A stretch of 64,000 nucleotides of DNA from an uncultured bacterium (GTDB taxonomy: Bacteria > Chlamydiota > Chlamydiia > Chlamydiales > FEN-1388): the NCBI GenBank assembly GCA_964427425.1, contig CAYRUD010000001.1, positions 74,152 to 138,151 on the forward strand, written 5' to 3'. Position 1 is the stretch's first letter. Every line of letters starts with the position of its first letter. Positions 46,284 to 55,235 of the stretch are shown here, piece after piece. The notes below the pieces were generated by a model that searched no databases, was not told where the DNA came from, and saw nothing but the letters and a program-made list of their open reading frames with translations. Position numbers and translations under genes: made by a program.

Positions 46284-46308
46284 GAGCTCGCTGTAAAGGA
46301 GCGAGCTC
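46284..46308. terminator. hairpin between convergent sufE-like and tyrP genes
   Basis: GAGCTCGCT / AGCGAGCTC perfect 9-bp stem with a 7-nt loop in the 44-nt convergent spacer. Confidence 0.45.
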
Positions 46309-46322
46309 GTTGAAGTGATCTA

Positions 46323-47621
46323 TTACTTGTCTGACTCAATTTCGATGACGTCGACAACTTTGTTGTCATAGAGAGTCTCGCCGCTTATAAATCTCTCTTT
46401 AACCTCAATGGAGAAAGCAAAGAGATAGGCTACTGCGAGAAGAATCAATCCTGCTTTCATCTTGAAAGTAAGTTGTTTTTTGGTATAGAGAGTCCAGCCT
46501 GTCCAGAGCATGATAATCGGAATAAGGCCATTGAGAATAGTGTCTCCAAACCCTCCTGAAAGATCAAGCGCTAGAAGAAAGACGCTCTCAAATTTCATGG
46601 CGAAGAATAAGGAAGGAATCAAAACCAGGGCTCCTAAGAAAAGAGCTCCTCTTCCTTTCTTCGATATTGACAGGCCATCGCTTAAGAAATCGAAAAGCCC
46701 CATCGAGATGCCAAAATATGACGTGACGAGTGATAAGAAGGCGAATGCTGAGGCGATAAGGCCTAAGAATTGATTGTTCGTTGAGTGGCTTAATGAATAA
46801 GTTGCCGGTTGCGCATTTAAATACGCCTCTTGAAGACCATGAGGCCCATCCCACGAGACACTTCCTATCACGACAAATTGCCATAGAGCGTAAACGACGA
46901 AAGCCAAGAGCGTTCCTGCAATCACAGATATGCGAAGTGAGCGCTTATCATGCCCAAGATAAGGATGAAGGCTTGGAACCATTGTCTGAAAGCTAAAAGA
47001 GGTGAGAAGAAATGGCACACTCTTTGGAGCTTCACTCCAGTCCATTCTTAAGAAGAATTGAGGGTCAATATGCTGAATGCCAGAGCCAATGATGAGGAAG
47101 TAGCTGATAATCATTCCGTAGAAGAGATAGCTGTTGGCTTTCCCTAATGTGTAGTGAGAAACGAAAATAAAAGGCCCAAAGAGAAGCGTAAAGAGAATGC
47201 ACCCCATCTCTTTCGAGGGAGTAAAGCTTCCATTTGTAATTGAGCCGATCGCTTCGGAAATAAGGTGGCCGGAGCCACCTGTATAGGCAATAAGAGAGCT
47301 ATAGGAGATGAATAAAAAGAGTGCCCAGCTGATCCATTGTCCAACAGGTCCGAGCATCTTTTTTGACATAGAGACAATATGGGCGTCTTCTTTAGTCATC
47401 CAGAATCCAATTTCGACGAGACAGAGAGCGGTCAGTGTCATAATAGCCCATGTAAGGGCCATATAGGCTAAACTTGGGAAAAGTCCTGCGGATCCACAGA
47501 CAACAGGAAGAGCGAGCATGCCTCCCCCAATACATGTTCCAGCAACGAGAAAAGTCGCGCTTAAAAGATGTGGGGAGAGCTTACTGTTCTCACTTGTAGA
47601 AAGAGATGGTGAAGAGCTCAT
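46323..47621 (-). CDS. tyrP: aromatic amino acid (tyrosine/tryptophan) permease, HAAAP family
   Basis: 432 aa with about 11 hydrophobic segments. The N-terminal FLVAGTCIGGGMLALP motif is typical of TyrP/Mtr/TnaB transporters. Confidence 0.75.
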   Translation of the reverse strand: MSSSPSLSTSENSKLSPHLLSATFLVAGTCIGGGMLALPVVCGSAGLFPSLAYMALTWAIMTLTALCLVEIGFWMTKEDAHIVSMSKKMLGPVGQWISWALFLFISYSSLIAYTGGSGHLISEAIGSITNGSFTPSKEMGCILFTLLFGPFIFVSHYTLGKANSYLFYGMIISYFLIIGSGIQHIDPQFFLRMDWSEAPKSVPFLLTSFSFQTMVPSLHPYLGHDKRSLRISVIAGTLLAFVVYALWQFVVIGSVSWDGPHGLQEAYLNAQPATYSLSHSTNNQFLGLIASAFAFLSLVTSYFGISMGLFDFLSDGLSISKKGRGALFLGALVLIPSLFFAMKFESVFLLALDLSGGFGDTILNGLIPIIMLWTGWTLYTKKQLTFKMKAGLILLAVAYLFAFSIEVKERFISGETLYDNKVVDVIEIESDK

Positions 47622-47678
47622 GAAATGACCAGCTAAAGTGTAAAAAACTATAATAAAGAGTAATTATAGTAACAAATT

Positions 47679-49745
47679 TCAATCCTTCTCTTCAATCAAT
47701 GAAGAGAGTTTAAGGTTATATAGGTACTCGGTAGCATCATTTTCATAAAGTGACGTCGCTTCTGGTGAGATAGTATATTGAGATGAATGATGCTCGCGCG
47801 CGAAGATTTTTTTCTTCCAATCCTTGAATTTGAAATCTGTCTGAATGAGAAAGGCTATGTCTGGCTGATTATCGTCATCTCCTTTATATGCAGGCGTATT
47901 CGCGCCCACTGAGAGCGTGGTGGCTAAAACTTTCTCTTTCCCATTCTTTCTTCTCTTATAAACGTGCGAGGTGAATTCATGTTGATGTCCGCGAATCAAA
48001 TGGCATACTTTGTGCTTGCTGCTTGCTAGGCGGAAAATGTTCTTAATGTCTTTAGGGTGTAGCTTCCATTGACGAGAGCCGGGATCATTAAGAATGGTTT
48101 CTTTCCCATCCTCTGCGATGTCTCCCCACTGATATAGGCTAGACCCGAAGTCGTATCCATCATCCAACTCAAAGAAATCATAATGGCTGAGAACAGCTAG
48201 TTTTTCTTTGAGAGCTCTTTTTTCTTGGCTGTCAGTTGTACTCTCGAGCTCGAGGCTGTAATCAACTTCAGGATCAGCGTCTATCTTATGCCATCGTTGA
48301 GGAAATCCTCTTTCAGAATGAATGCAGATAGCTGCGCTCTCCAACTTCGATTCTAAAAGATCATGAGGATCAACATATGGTTCTATAAGTCCGTGAGAGA
48401 ACATGATGAATTCCTTTCTCTCATTTTCCGACTGGGTCTTCTCACACATATAACATGCCATAGGAAGTCGGCAGTAAAAACTCGAAAGAATTTCTTCTAA
48501 ACATTTGTGGTTGAGAAGGGTTTTAAGTCCTATATCCGCTCCACAAAGCATGCGATTCATCTCAATATCTTCATGATTTCCTCGGATGAGAGTGACCTGA
48601 CTTGGGTTTTTTAAGTTCAACGCAATCAGGAGTTGGAGAACAAAGAGCCCATATGAGCCTCGATCCATGTAATCTCCCAGAAAAACAAGATGTACATTCT
48701 CAGCGCATTGTAGATCTTTATCAAGGTGTCCTTGATCAATAAGTGCCTTGAGATTGACGAGAAGACTGCGAAGATCTCCATGAAGATCTGCTCGTACAAA
48801 AATAGTTGACGAATGGTTAAGTTCTTTTTTTGCGATAAAGCCGAAGTGCTTATTGTCTTCGGACCGATAATGGAGAGGAAAAGCTTCGTTATACTCAGTT
48901 AGTAAGCTTTTAACGGTGTTAAGCGAAAGCTCAAGGCCAATAAAGCGCTGTTCTTCCTCACGCCAACAAGCTGAGGCTATGTCATATAATTCTTTGATTG
49001 TTGGAACGCAAGATTCAAGAGTGTTCTGAGGTTGATCATCAATCTGTGTTGAGGAGGAGATGATTTCAGACAAAGAGGGAAGAGGAGCTATTTTTTGATC
49101 TAAGGCAGACAAAGAGGGAAGAGGAGCTATTTTTTGATCTAAGGCAGACAAAGAGGGAAGAGGAGCTATTTTTTGATCTAAGGCAGATATAGAGGGAAGA
49201 ATAATATGGTTATCTTTCGCGGAGGCCTCTTTTGAATACGCTTTCAAAAGAAAATTTAATATAGTATCCAGCTCATCTTGGTTGATTGCGCTAGGGCTAA
49301 AAATTACTTCTCCGTATTGATGAGATATCTTTTGTAGAGGAGTCGGCTCTTCTATGAGAGGAGGGCTTACTTCTGCTTTTAGAGACTGGTTTTGAGAGGT
49401 TATCTGATTGAACGTCTCAGAAGCTTTTTTATAGAGATTAAGGAGATGGAGGTCATCGGAGGGGATTGCAGCGCTGATCTGAGAGAGAAGCTCTCGCGAG
49501 AAAGTCAGGTTTATATTGATACTAGATTCTTCTGTTGATTGGGGGTCAACGACAATTGGCCGAAAGAGGCGAGAAATACTTGCTGAAGGATGTGGAAGTT
49601 TATCGTCTTTAATCCAGACAACTTCCTTTCCCTCTAGATTCCCTAGACACTGCAGCATCTCAGTTGTTTCTTCATAACTAAGTTCAACGGCTGTGTCGTT
49701 ATACGTAAGATGGAATGACCGTGATTTTGATGGAGAGGGTACCAT
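47679..49745 (-). CDS. PPP-family Ser/Thr protein phosphatase-like protein, paralog 3 (repeat-containing N-terminus)
   Basis: 688 aa. VRADLHGD, FLGDYMDRG, IRGNHE, FSHGL, YQWGDI, IRGHQHE. The N-terminal about 300 aa are unrelated to paralogs 1 and 2 and contain a 13-aa tandem repeat. Confidence 0.8.
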   Translation of the reverse strand: MVPSPSKSRSFHLTYNDTAVELSYEETTEMLQCLGNLEGKEVVWIKDDKLPHPSASISRLFRPIVVDPQSTEESSININLTFSRELLSQISAAIPSDDLHLLNLYKKASETFNQITSQNQSLKAEVSPPLIEEPTPLQKISHQYGEVIFSPSAINQDELDTILNFLLKAYSKEASAKDNHIILPSISALDQKIAPLPSLSALDQKIAPLPSLSALDQKIAPLPSLSEIISSSTQIDDQPQNTLESCVPTIKELYDIASACWREEEQRFIGLELSLNTVKSLLTEYNEAFPLHYRSEDNKHFGFIAKKELNHSSTIFVRADLHGDLRSLLVNLKALIDQGHLDKDLQCAENVHLVFLGDYMDRGSYGLFVLQLLIALNLKNPSQVTLIRGNHEDIEMNRMLCGADIGLKTLLNHKCLEEILSSFYCRLPMACYMCEKTQSENERKEFIMFSHGLIEPYVDPHDLLESKLESAAICIHSERGFPQRWHKIDADPEVDYSLELESTTDSQEKRALKEKLAVLSHYDFFELDDGYDFGSSLYQWGDIAEDGKETILNDPGSRQWKLHPKDIKNIFRLASSKHKVCHLIRGHQHEFTSHVYKRRKNGKEKVLATTLSVGANTPAYKGDDDNQPDIAFLIQTDFKFKDWKKKIFAREHHSSQYTISPEATSLYENDATEYLYNLKLSSLIEEKD
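49067..49200 (-). repeat. perfect 39-bp in-frame tandem repeat (3 full copies plus a diverged partial copy)
   Basis: CAGACAAAGAGGGAAGAGGAGCTATTTTTTGATCTAAGG occurs identically at 49067-49105, 49106-49144 and 49145-49183, then a partial copy runs to about 49200. It encodes (PLPSLSALDQKIA)x3 in phosphatase paralog 3. Confidence 0.95.
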
Positions 49746-49813
49746 AGCTGTTGTTTAATTTATTATTAAAACAGATTAAATAAAATAATAAACAGACAAC
49801 AATAGTTCTCTGT

Positions 49814-50278
49814 TTAAAATTGAATTATTATATCTTGTTGAGTAATTACTCTGTAATATTTTTTTCCATCAATTATGAAGAGCCAGACTTGGTCCAATGG
49901 CGGTGGAGATGATAGAGTCTCTTGGATTTCTAACTGAAGATTCTTTGTCTCTGAAGGTAAAAGATTGAGTGGAGTTGATGTAAGATCTATCCAGACTGTT
50001 GAGTTTTCGTGATATGTAGACGGGTCCCATTCAGCGGCAAGCGTTGGAATATAGCCTATTCTTTCAATTGTAATAGGGGCAGAGCTTTTATTATGGAGCG
50101 AAATTCCGATTTCGGACTTTGCGTTCTCGGCAGTTTGAATCCGCCGTATAAGATGGATGATAAGAGGGCTTTTATATCGGCGTATTCTATCGATTAAAGG
50201 AAATGAAAAGAATATTAAAGTCACGGCTGTAAGAAAGCTGATAGTTACTGCTGGCGGAAGAGCCGAGAACATGCACAT
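49814..50278 (-). CDS. hypothetical small membrane protein
   Basis: 154-aa ORF. N-terminal TM segment ALPPAVTISFLTAVTLIFFSFPLI followed by basic residues. No family recognised. Confidence 0.45.
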   Translation of the reverse strand: MCMFSALPPAVTISFLTAVTLIFFSFPLIDRIRRYKSPLIIHLIRRIQTAENAKSEIGISLHNKSSAPITIERIGYIPTLAAEWDPSTYHENSTVWIDLTSTPLNLLPSETKNLQLEIQETLSSPPPLDQVWLFIIDGKKYYRVITQQDIIIQF

Positions 50279-50306
50279 CTTCTATACTCCAGATGAGTAG
50301 TATTAG

Positions 50307-51602
50307 TTAGAAAATCGTTTGTAATGATTGGTTCTCCATCGATGTAGCCCTTTCGATATGCAGAGTTCTATTCGATAGAAGAGAGATATTACACTCGAGC
50401 CTGACCCCGTAGGCATTCGGAATATAGAGCCCAGGTTCAATTGAGTAGCAGTGACCTTCAAAGAGCGACCTAGTATCCCATGTCTCGAATGAGTCGAGAT
50501 TTGTCGATGGTCCATGAACATCCGTGTAGATATTATGGCCCGTTCGGTGGAGTGAGAATCCCAAAACTCCTTTTTCTTTAAGGAAGTTTCTCACTGTGCT
50601 GTCAACGCTATAGCCAGTCAAAGATCGAGCATCATTGCTATCGCGAAAACGGGAGGAAACATACTCAATAGCCTTATTCTGAGCTTCATAAGCAATCGAG
50701 AACATCTTCTGTAAGTGATCTGGGACTTTCTCTCCAGTAAAAGCCATATCAGTGAGATCCGCAAAGACGCTAAATGGCATATTTTTGAGCCGGCACCACG
50801 CGTCAATCAAGACAACACTATTTTTTCCAATGATACAATCAGAAGAAGGGGAATTTTCGAAATGTGGAATTGCTGAGTGAGCGTTACATGCGACAATGGG
50901 CGGATGGCAAAATTCAGCGCCATTTTCGTGAATTGCTTCGATAATTAACTTTTGCAGTTGGCATTCTGTCGTTTCTTGATGAGCTCGCTGTCTTGAGGCA
51001 AGATAGCTCCAGGCTCCTGCAAACGCATCTTTTAAAATGCGAGCCGCTTTTTTATGCGAAAAGAATTGCTCCTCGGACATCTCGGCAAGATGATGCCCTA
51101 AAATATTCCATGATGGAACGACTGTGGCTCCACGGCTCTCTACAAGCTCTTTCGTGCCCGCGTCAATGACTGACATGAGTGGAATATATGCCTTTGGCCA
51201 GTACTCCATCGCGATATAGCGGCAGCCATTGATGAGGGAAAGAAGAGTTGATTCGAGTTCCTGAGCAGAGGTATAAAATATGGTTTTTCCTGGGATGCTC
51301 TGCACGAGGGGAGCGTCTATGCGATGAACAAGCTTTATTGGATCCTCTCCTCTCTTGACCCAGTAGTAGAAGCGTCTTGTGAGGAAACATCCTTCAGGAA
51401 GACCTAATATTGAGAGGAGTAGTCGATTGCTGCCACGGAAGTCTACTCCAAGCCATCCATCAGGTAAAAATGAGGGATCAAAGTCCTCAGGAAAAGATTG
51501 AGAGTCTTTTCGATATGAAGGGGAAGAGCCCGAGTAAGGTTTATCTTTAAGAGACGAGAGAACGCGAAATAAGGGGGAAGAAGGCTGTGATGCAGAGCTC
51601 AA
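50307..51602 (-). CDS. M24-family metallopeptidase (Xaa-Pro aminopeptidase/creatinase fold)
   Basis: Pita-bread ligand pattern: VVLIDAW, FADLTDMAF, LHRTGHNI, YSIEPGLY, GVRLECNI. The only start available to the ORF appears to be TTG at 51602. Confidence 0.78.
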   Translation of the reverse strand: MSSASQPSSPLFRVLSSLKDKPYSGSSPSYRKDSQSFPEDFDPSFLPDGWLGVDFRGSNRLLLSILGLPEGCFLTRRFYYWVKRGEDPIKLVHRIDAPLVQSIPGKTIFYTSAQELESTLLSLINGCRYIAMEYWPKAYIPLMSVIDAGTKELVESRGATVVPSWNILGHHLAEMSEEQFFSHKKAARILKDAFAGAWSYLASRQRAHQETTECQLQKLIIEAIHENGAEFCHPPIVACNAHSAIPHFENSPSSDCIIGKNSVVLIDAWCRLKNMPFSVFADLTDMAFTGEKVPDHLQKMFSIAYEAQNKAIEYVSSRFRDSNDARSLTGYSVDSTVRNFLKEKGVLGFSLHRTGHNIYTDVHGPSTNLDSFETWDTRSLFEGHCYSIEPGLYIPNAYGVRLECNISLLSNRTLHIERATSMENQSLQTIF

Positions 51603-51799
51603 AACATCAACTCCTTACTCAGTCAAGGTTATTTTTGAAGTAAGATCTTGTTTTATCTTACACATGGGAGAGGAGAAAAATGCTAGTAGAAAGTAACAAG
51701 AAATTTAATTCTCTTAATAAGAGTGCGAAATTGTATATTTGACATCACGAAGAGTGAATTATCATAGGATTTGTTGAGCAAAAGAAGAGTTTTTCCACA

Positions 51800-52543
51800 G
51801 TGATCCCATCGTTTACTTTATCAGTTACTGATCTTTCCTTTGGCTATGCATCACATGGTCGGCAAATTCTTAAGAGTATTACTCACTCGTTCGAATCAGG
51901 GTCGGTTAATGTAATCGTTGGGCCTTCAGGTGCTGGCAAAAGTACTTTGTTAAGGCTTATCGCTGGGCTGTTGACTCCCTCATCAGGGGATATCTCAATT
52001 ACTTTCTCGGAAGAAATTCAGGAGGCTTTTCGAGAAGAGGAGAGCTGGTGTAGTTTTGTCCCTCAAGGTGAGGCGCTCCTGCCTTGGCGGACTGTTCAAG
52101 GAAATATAGAGCTTCCATTTGAGCTTGGAGTAAAGAGGCATGAACGTTCATCACCCCTTGGAAGCGATAAGGTTAATCAGGCATTAGAAAAATTTAAGCT
52201 GAGTGAGTATAGAGATCATTATCCCGATGAACTCTCAAGCGGCCTTAAGAAGCTGACAGCTCTTGCTCGAGTCTGGATTGAAAATAGACCGGTCGTGCTC
52301 CTCGATGAGCCTTTCTCATCTATCGACGTATTCTCAAGAAGTTCGCTCTACGGAACGATACGAAGTATGGCAAAAGACGAGGGAAAACTTGTCTTTCTTG
52401 TGACTCATGACTTTTATGATTGTGAGCGCCTACTTGTTGATTCAGTTCTTCTTATGAAAGACTCATCGCTCATTTCTGGGGTTGATATCCATCGTCTCTA
52501 TGAAGAGCGAGATGCCATGCAATATCCAAACTCTACTGCATAA
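51800..52543 (+). CDS. ABC transporter ATP-binding protein (NitT/TauT/ThiZ-like importer)
   Basis: Walker A GPSGAGKST, signature-like LSSGLKK, Walker B VVLLDEPFSSID, H-loop THD. GTG start. Confidence 0.88.
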   Translation: MIPSFTLSVTDLSFGYASHGRQILKSITHSFESGSVNVIVGPSGAGKSTLLRLIAGLLTPSSGDISITFSEEIQEAFREEESWCSFVPQGEALLPWRTVQGNIELPFELGVKRHERSSPLGSDKVNQALEKFKLSEYRDHYPDELSSGLKKLTALARVWIENRPVVLLDEPFSSIDVFSRSSLYGTIRSMAKDEGKLVFLVTHDFYDCERLLVDSVLLMKDSSLISGVDIHRLYEERDAMQYPNSTA

Positions 52544-52558
52544 CGGAGAAGCTGTATT

Positions 52559-54403
52559 GTGACTGTTGTGACACACGTTCACTCAAAAGAGACTATTCAT
52601 CATGAAGTTCGTCATATCTTTTACGGATGGCTCTTTGTCCTTGTTCTGATAGTCATCTGGGAATCTTTTTCCTTTTTCATTGGAAGAGAGAGTCTCTTTT
52701 TTACGCTTATTGTTCCGCCGCCTTCTCAGATAGTATGTGAGATGATTGATAGGTGGAATGTAATCTATCCTCATTTTATGGCTACATTTTTAAGAACCGT
52801 TTGTTCGCTTCTTGTAGCGCTTGCGTTAGCGATCCCCCTCGGATGGGCTATGGCGATGAATGAGATGGTGTCGACAGTATCACAGGGTATATTTTTAGCA
52901 ATACAATCAATCCCTAGCTTTTGCTTGGTCCCTATTTTAATCGTCTGGTTTGGATGGGGCACTATGCCTGTTTTTATCCCGGCCCTTATCGCGGCTCTTC
53001 TTCCTCTTACAATCAATGTGTTCCGTGGATTGAAAACAGAGGATCCGATGCTCAAAGAGTATTTTACTGTGATGAAAGCAACTTCCTTGCAGCGCTTTAT
53101 GAAGCTTTCTCTACCCACGATAAAGCCATTTCTCTTCTCAGGATTACGCATTGCGATTGCAGGCTCTGGAATGGCATCTGTTGCCGGAGAGTGGGCAGGA
53201 GCGACTTCAGGGTTGGGCGTTCTTCTTTTAGAGATGAGGGAACAGATGGATTTGGCCCTTATGTTTGCCTGCGTTGCGCTCATTTCCATGATTAGCGCTT
53301 TTCTCTATATTGTATCATTTATATTCGAGATGGCAGTCCCAATACGTATGGAGTTGACAGTGACCAAATTGAAATTGATCGTATCTCAAATCAAACAAAG
53401 ATGCTTCTTTGCTGTCGTTTTGTTCGCAATGATTGGCTTAAACGGCTGCTCATCACAACATACCGAAAATGAGAAGCCATCAGCCAATGAGTTAAAAACC
53501 ATCAAATTGATGATCGATTGGACACCATGTCCTACGCATATCCCGCTTTATCATGGGGTAAGATCCGGTATTTTCGAAAAGGAAGGAATTGATTTGCGTA
53601 TCATGAGGCCAGGAAGCGGCGATCCTCTTCAGCTTGTTTCCGCCTCTTCTTCAGTTGACGCTGTGATCAGCCATCTTCCAAGGACAATACGGCTTTATGT
53701 CAAGGAAGGGTTTAATCTCAAGGTGATAGGTGTTCTCGTTGATAGGCCGTTAAATGGATTCCTTGCGAGGAAGGATAAAGCTTCGAAGATCGAGGATCTC
53801 AATAATTGTCGCCTTGGCTTTTCTGGCTCGAAGTTCAGCTCATCCACACTTGATATTCTTTTGGCTCAAAAAGGAGTAAAAGTGAAAGAGAAGTTGAATG
53901 TTCGTTTAGACCTTCTTCCGCAACTGATTATTGGTAATGTTGATGCTATCTGGGGCGCATTCTCTGTTATTGAGCCTTTCCAGATGAAGGCATTTCATGT
54001 CGAGCCACAGTTTTTCGGAGTCGAAGAGTTTGGAATGCCTTCGTATCCTGAGTTAATAGTCGTCTCCTCTCAAAATGGCGTGTTCTCAGATATATCATTG
54101 ATGCAACGCTTTCAGAAGGCTCTTCAACAGTCGTTGGATGATGCTTCAGAGAACACCGAACGAGCTCTTCAGAATTACTTTATTTTCCATCCGGAGAAGA
54201 ATGAGAAGGCGAAGAAGTGGGAAAGAGAGTCTTGGAAGCATCTCTCACATATGCTGGCCAAGCGGCAATATATAGATCGCAATACTGTCTCAGAGCCCCT
54301 TACTGAGTGGCTTTATACCAATGGCATCATCACTCAGAAGAAAGACCTCAACCCACTCCTCCATGAGATGGAAAACAGAGTAGGCATCGATACTAAGGAG
54401 TAA
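52559..54403 (+). CDS. fused ABC permease (N-terminal) and NMT1/THI5-like substrate-binding domain (C-terminal)
   Basis: 614-aa continuous ORF. The first about 260 aa are a 6-TM BPD-type permease. An internal signal-peptide-like segment with a lipobox follows (MELTVTKLKLIVSQIKQRCFFAVVLFAMIGLNGCSS, Cys codon 53447-53449). After it comes an NMT1/SsuA/ThiY-like binding domain (IKLMIDWTPCPTHIPLYHGVRSGIFEKEGIDL). Confidence 0.8.
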   Translation: MTVVTHVHSKETIHHEVRHIFYGWLFVLVLIVIWESFSFFIGRESLFFTLIVPPPSQIVCEMIDRWNVIYPHFMATFLRTVCSLLVALALAIPLGWAMAMNEMVSTVSQGIFLAIQSIPSFCLVPILIVWFGWGTMPVFIPALIAALLPLTINVFRGLKTEDPMLKEYFTVMKATSLQRFMKLSLPTIKPFLFSGLRIAIAGSGMASVAGEWAGATSGLGVLLLEMREQMDLALMFACVALISMISAFLYIVSFIFEMAVPIRMELTVTKLKLIVSQIKQRCFFAVVLFAMIGLNGCSSQHTENEKPSANELKTIKLMIDWTPCPTHIPLYHGVRSGIFEKEGIDLRIMRPGSGDPLQLVSASSSVDAVISHLPRTIRLYVKEGFNLKVIGVLVDRPLNGFLARKDKASKIEDLNNCRLGFSGSKFSSSTLDILLAQKGVKVKEKLNVRLDLLPQLIIGNVDAIWGAFSVIEPFQMKAFHVEPQFFGVEEFGMPSYPELIVVSSQNGVFSDISLMQRFQKALQQSLDDASENTERALQNYFIFHPEKNEKAKKWERESWKHLSHMLAKRQYIDRNTVSEPLTEWLYTNGIITQKKDLNPLLHEMENRVGIDTKE

Positions 54404-54738
54404 GCGATTTTTATATCCTCTCTGACGATGAGCAGTATAATTAGTGAATCTAAAGAAGATCTTAATCATTCTGGAACGAATATTTGAATTAATGATTTAA
54501 GCAAGGGCTTAGATTCACTTGGCTTTTCTACAGGCCTTGCAGTGTCATATAATGACCTCAGGATTCGATAGCTTATTTGTATCTAAAATTTAGCCTGCTG
54601 TGTATCGGTTTGTTCTTTTTTTAAACAGAGTCTTTTCATTTCTTCTTGGAGCTGAAATACGAACACTCTTTTAGCGGCAGCGTTTTTAAGCTGCTTCGAG
54701 AATTCCTTCTTCTCTTAAGAAATCATCAAAATCAGAAC

Positions 54739-55206
54739 CTATGTATTGTTATTTGTCATGAGTGACCACCTTTCATTTCCGTTTTTGGTTCGTTCTCTCG
54801 CTTTTCTACGACATGTTAGGCAATTCTTAGCTTCCGACTGGACCCAGAAACGAAGAGTCTCATACCAAAATTCCTGCTCCTTAGACTTGAATAGGAATAC
54901 CTCTTTACATGTACTGCATATTTTCTTTTTATCAAAAAAGGCAAGGAAGGGAGGGTGATCGCAAAAAGTTTGCTTTTCTGGATGTGCAATAATAGCGCTT
55001 CCACTTCGCAAACAACCGTCACATGCCCACTGAAATTTATCTATCTTTTCGATGATTTGATCTGCATCAGTTGCCCACCAAATTGCACGTCGCTTTTCTA
55101 AAGATTCTATCTGCTTGAATAAAGTCTTAGAGCAGGTGGGCGAAATCTGTCTTCTACAGCAGGGGCATGTAAGATACTTTCTTCGCAGAGGTTGCTTCGG
55201 AGTCAT
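54739..55206 (-). CDS. Cys-rich zinc-ribbon protein
   Basis: About 155 aa from ATG 55206 (GGTGA 4 nt upstream). CxxC pairs: CPCCRR, CDGC, CSTC..CLTCRRKARE. The C-terminal CSTCKEVFLFKSKEQEFWYE..CLTCRRK resembles the 'probable zinc-ribbon' C..C..F.F...EQ.F...C..CR module. Confidence 0.55.
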   Translation of the reverse strand: MTPKQPLRRKYLTCPCCRRQISPTCSKTLFKQIESLEKRRAIWWATDADQIIEKIDKFQWACDGCLRSGSAIIAHPEKQTFCDHPPFLAFFDKKKICSTCKEVFLFKSKEQEFWYETLRFWVQSEAKNCLTCRRKARERTKNGNERWSLMTNNNT

Positions 55207-55235
55207 GGAATCACCCAATTAGCTTTTGAGAAAAA

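Noticed and set aside
49067-49200. I asked whether the direct repeats of 39 bp could be a CRISPR array.
   Set aside because: The copies are directly adjacent with no spacers. They are in frame inside a long ORF and encode a 13-aa peptide repeat. This is a coding tandem repeat, not a CRISPR array.
51603-51799. I looked for a TPP riboswitch or a clear sigma-70 promoter upstream of the ThiXYZ-like importer. TTGACA is present at 51739-51744.
   Set aside because: No CTGAGA / ACCTGATCTGGATAATGCCAGCG-like TPP-riboswitch core is present. The TTGACA has no acceptable -10 hexamer at 16-18 nt spacing (TCATAG at best). I therefore do not call a regulatory element.
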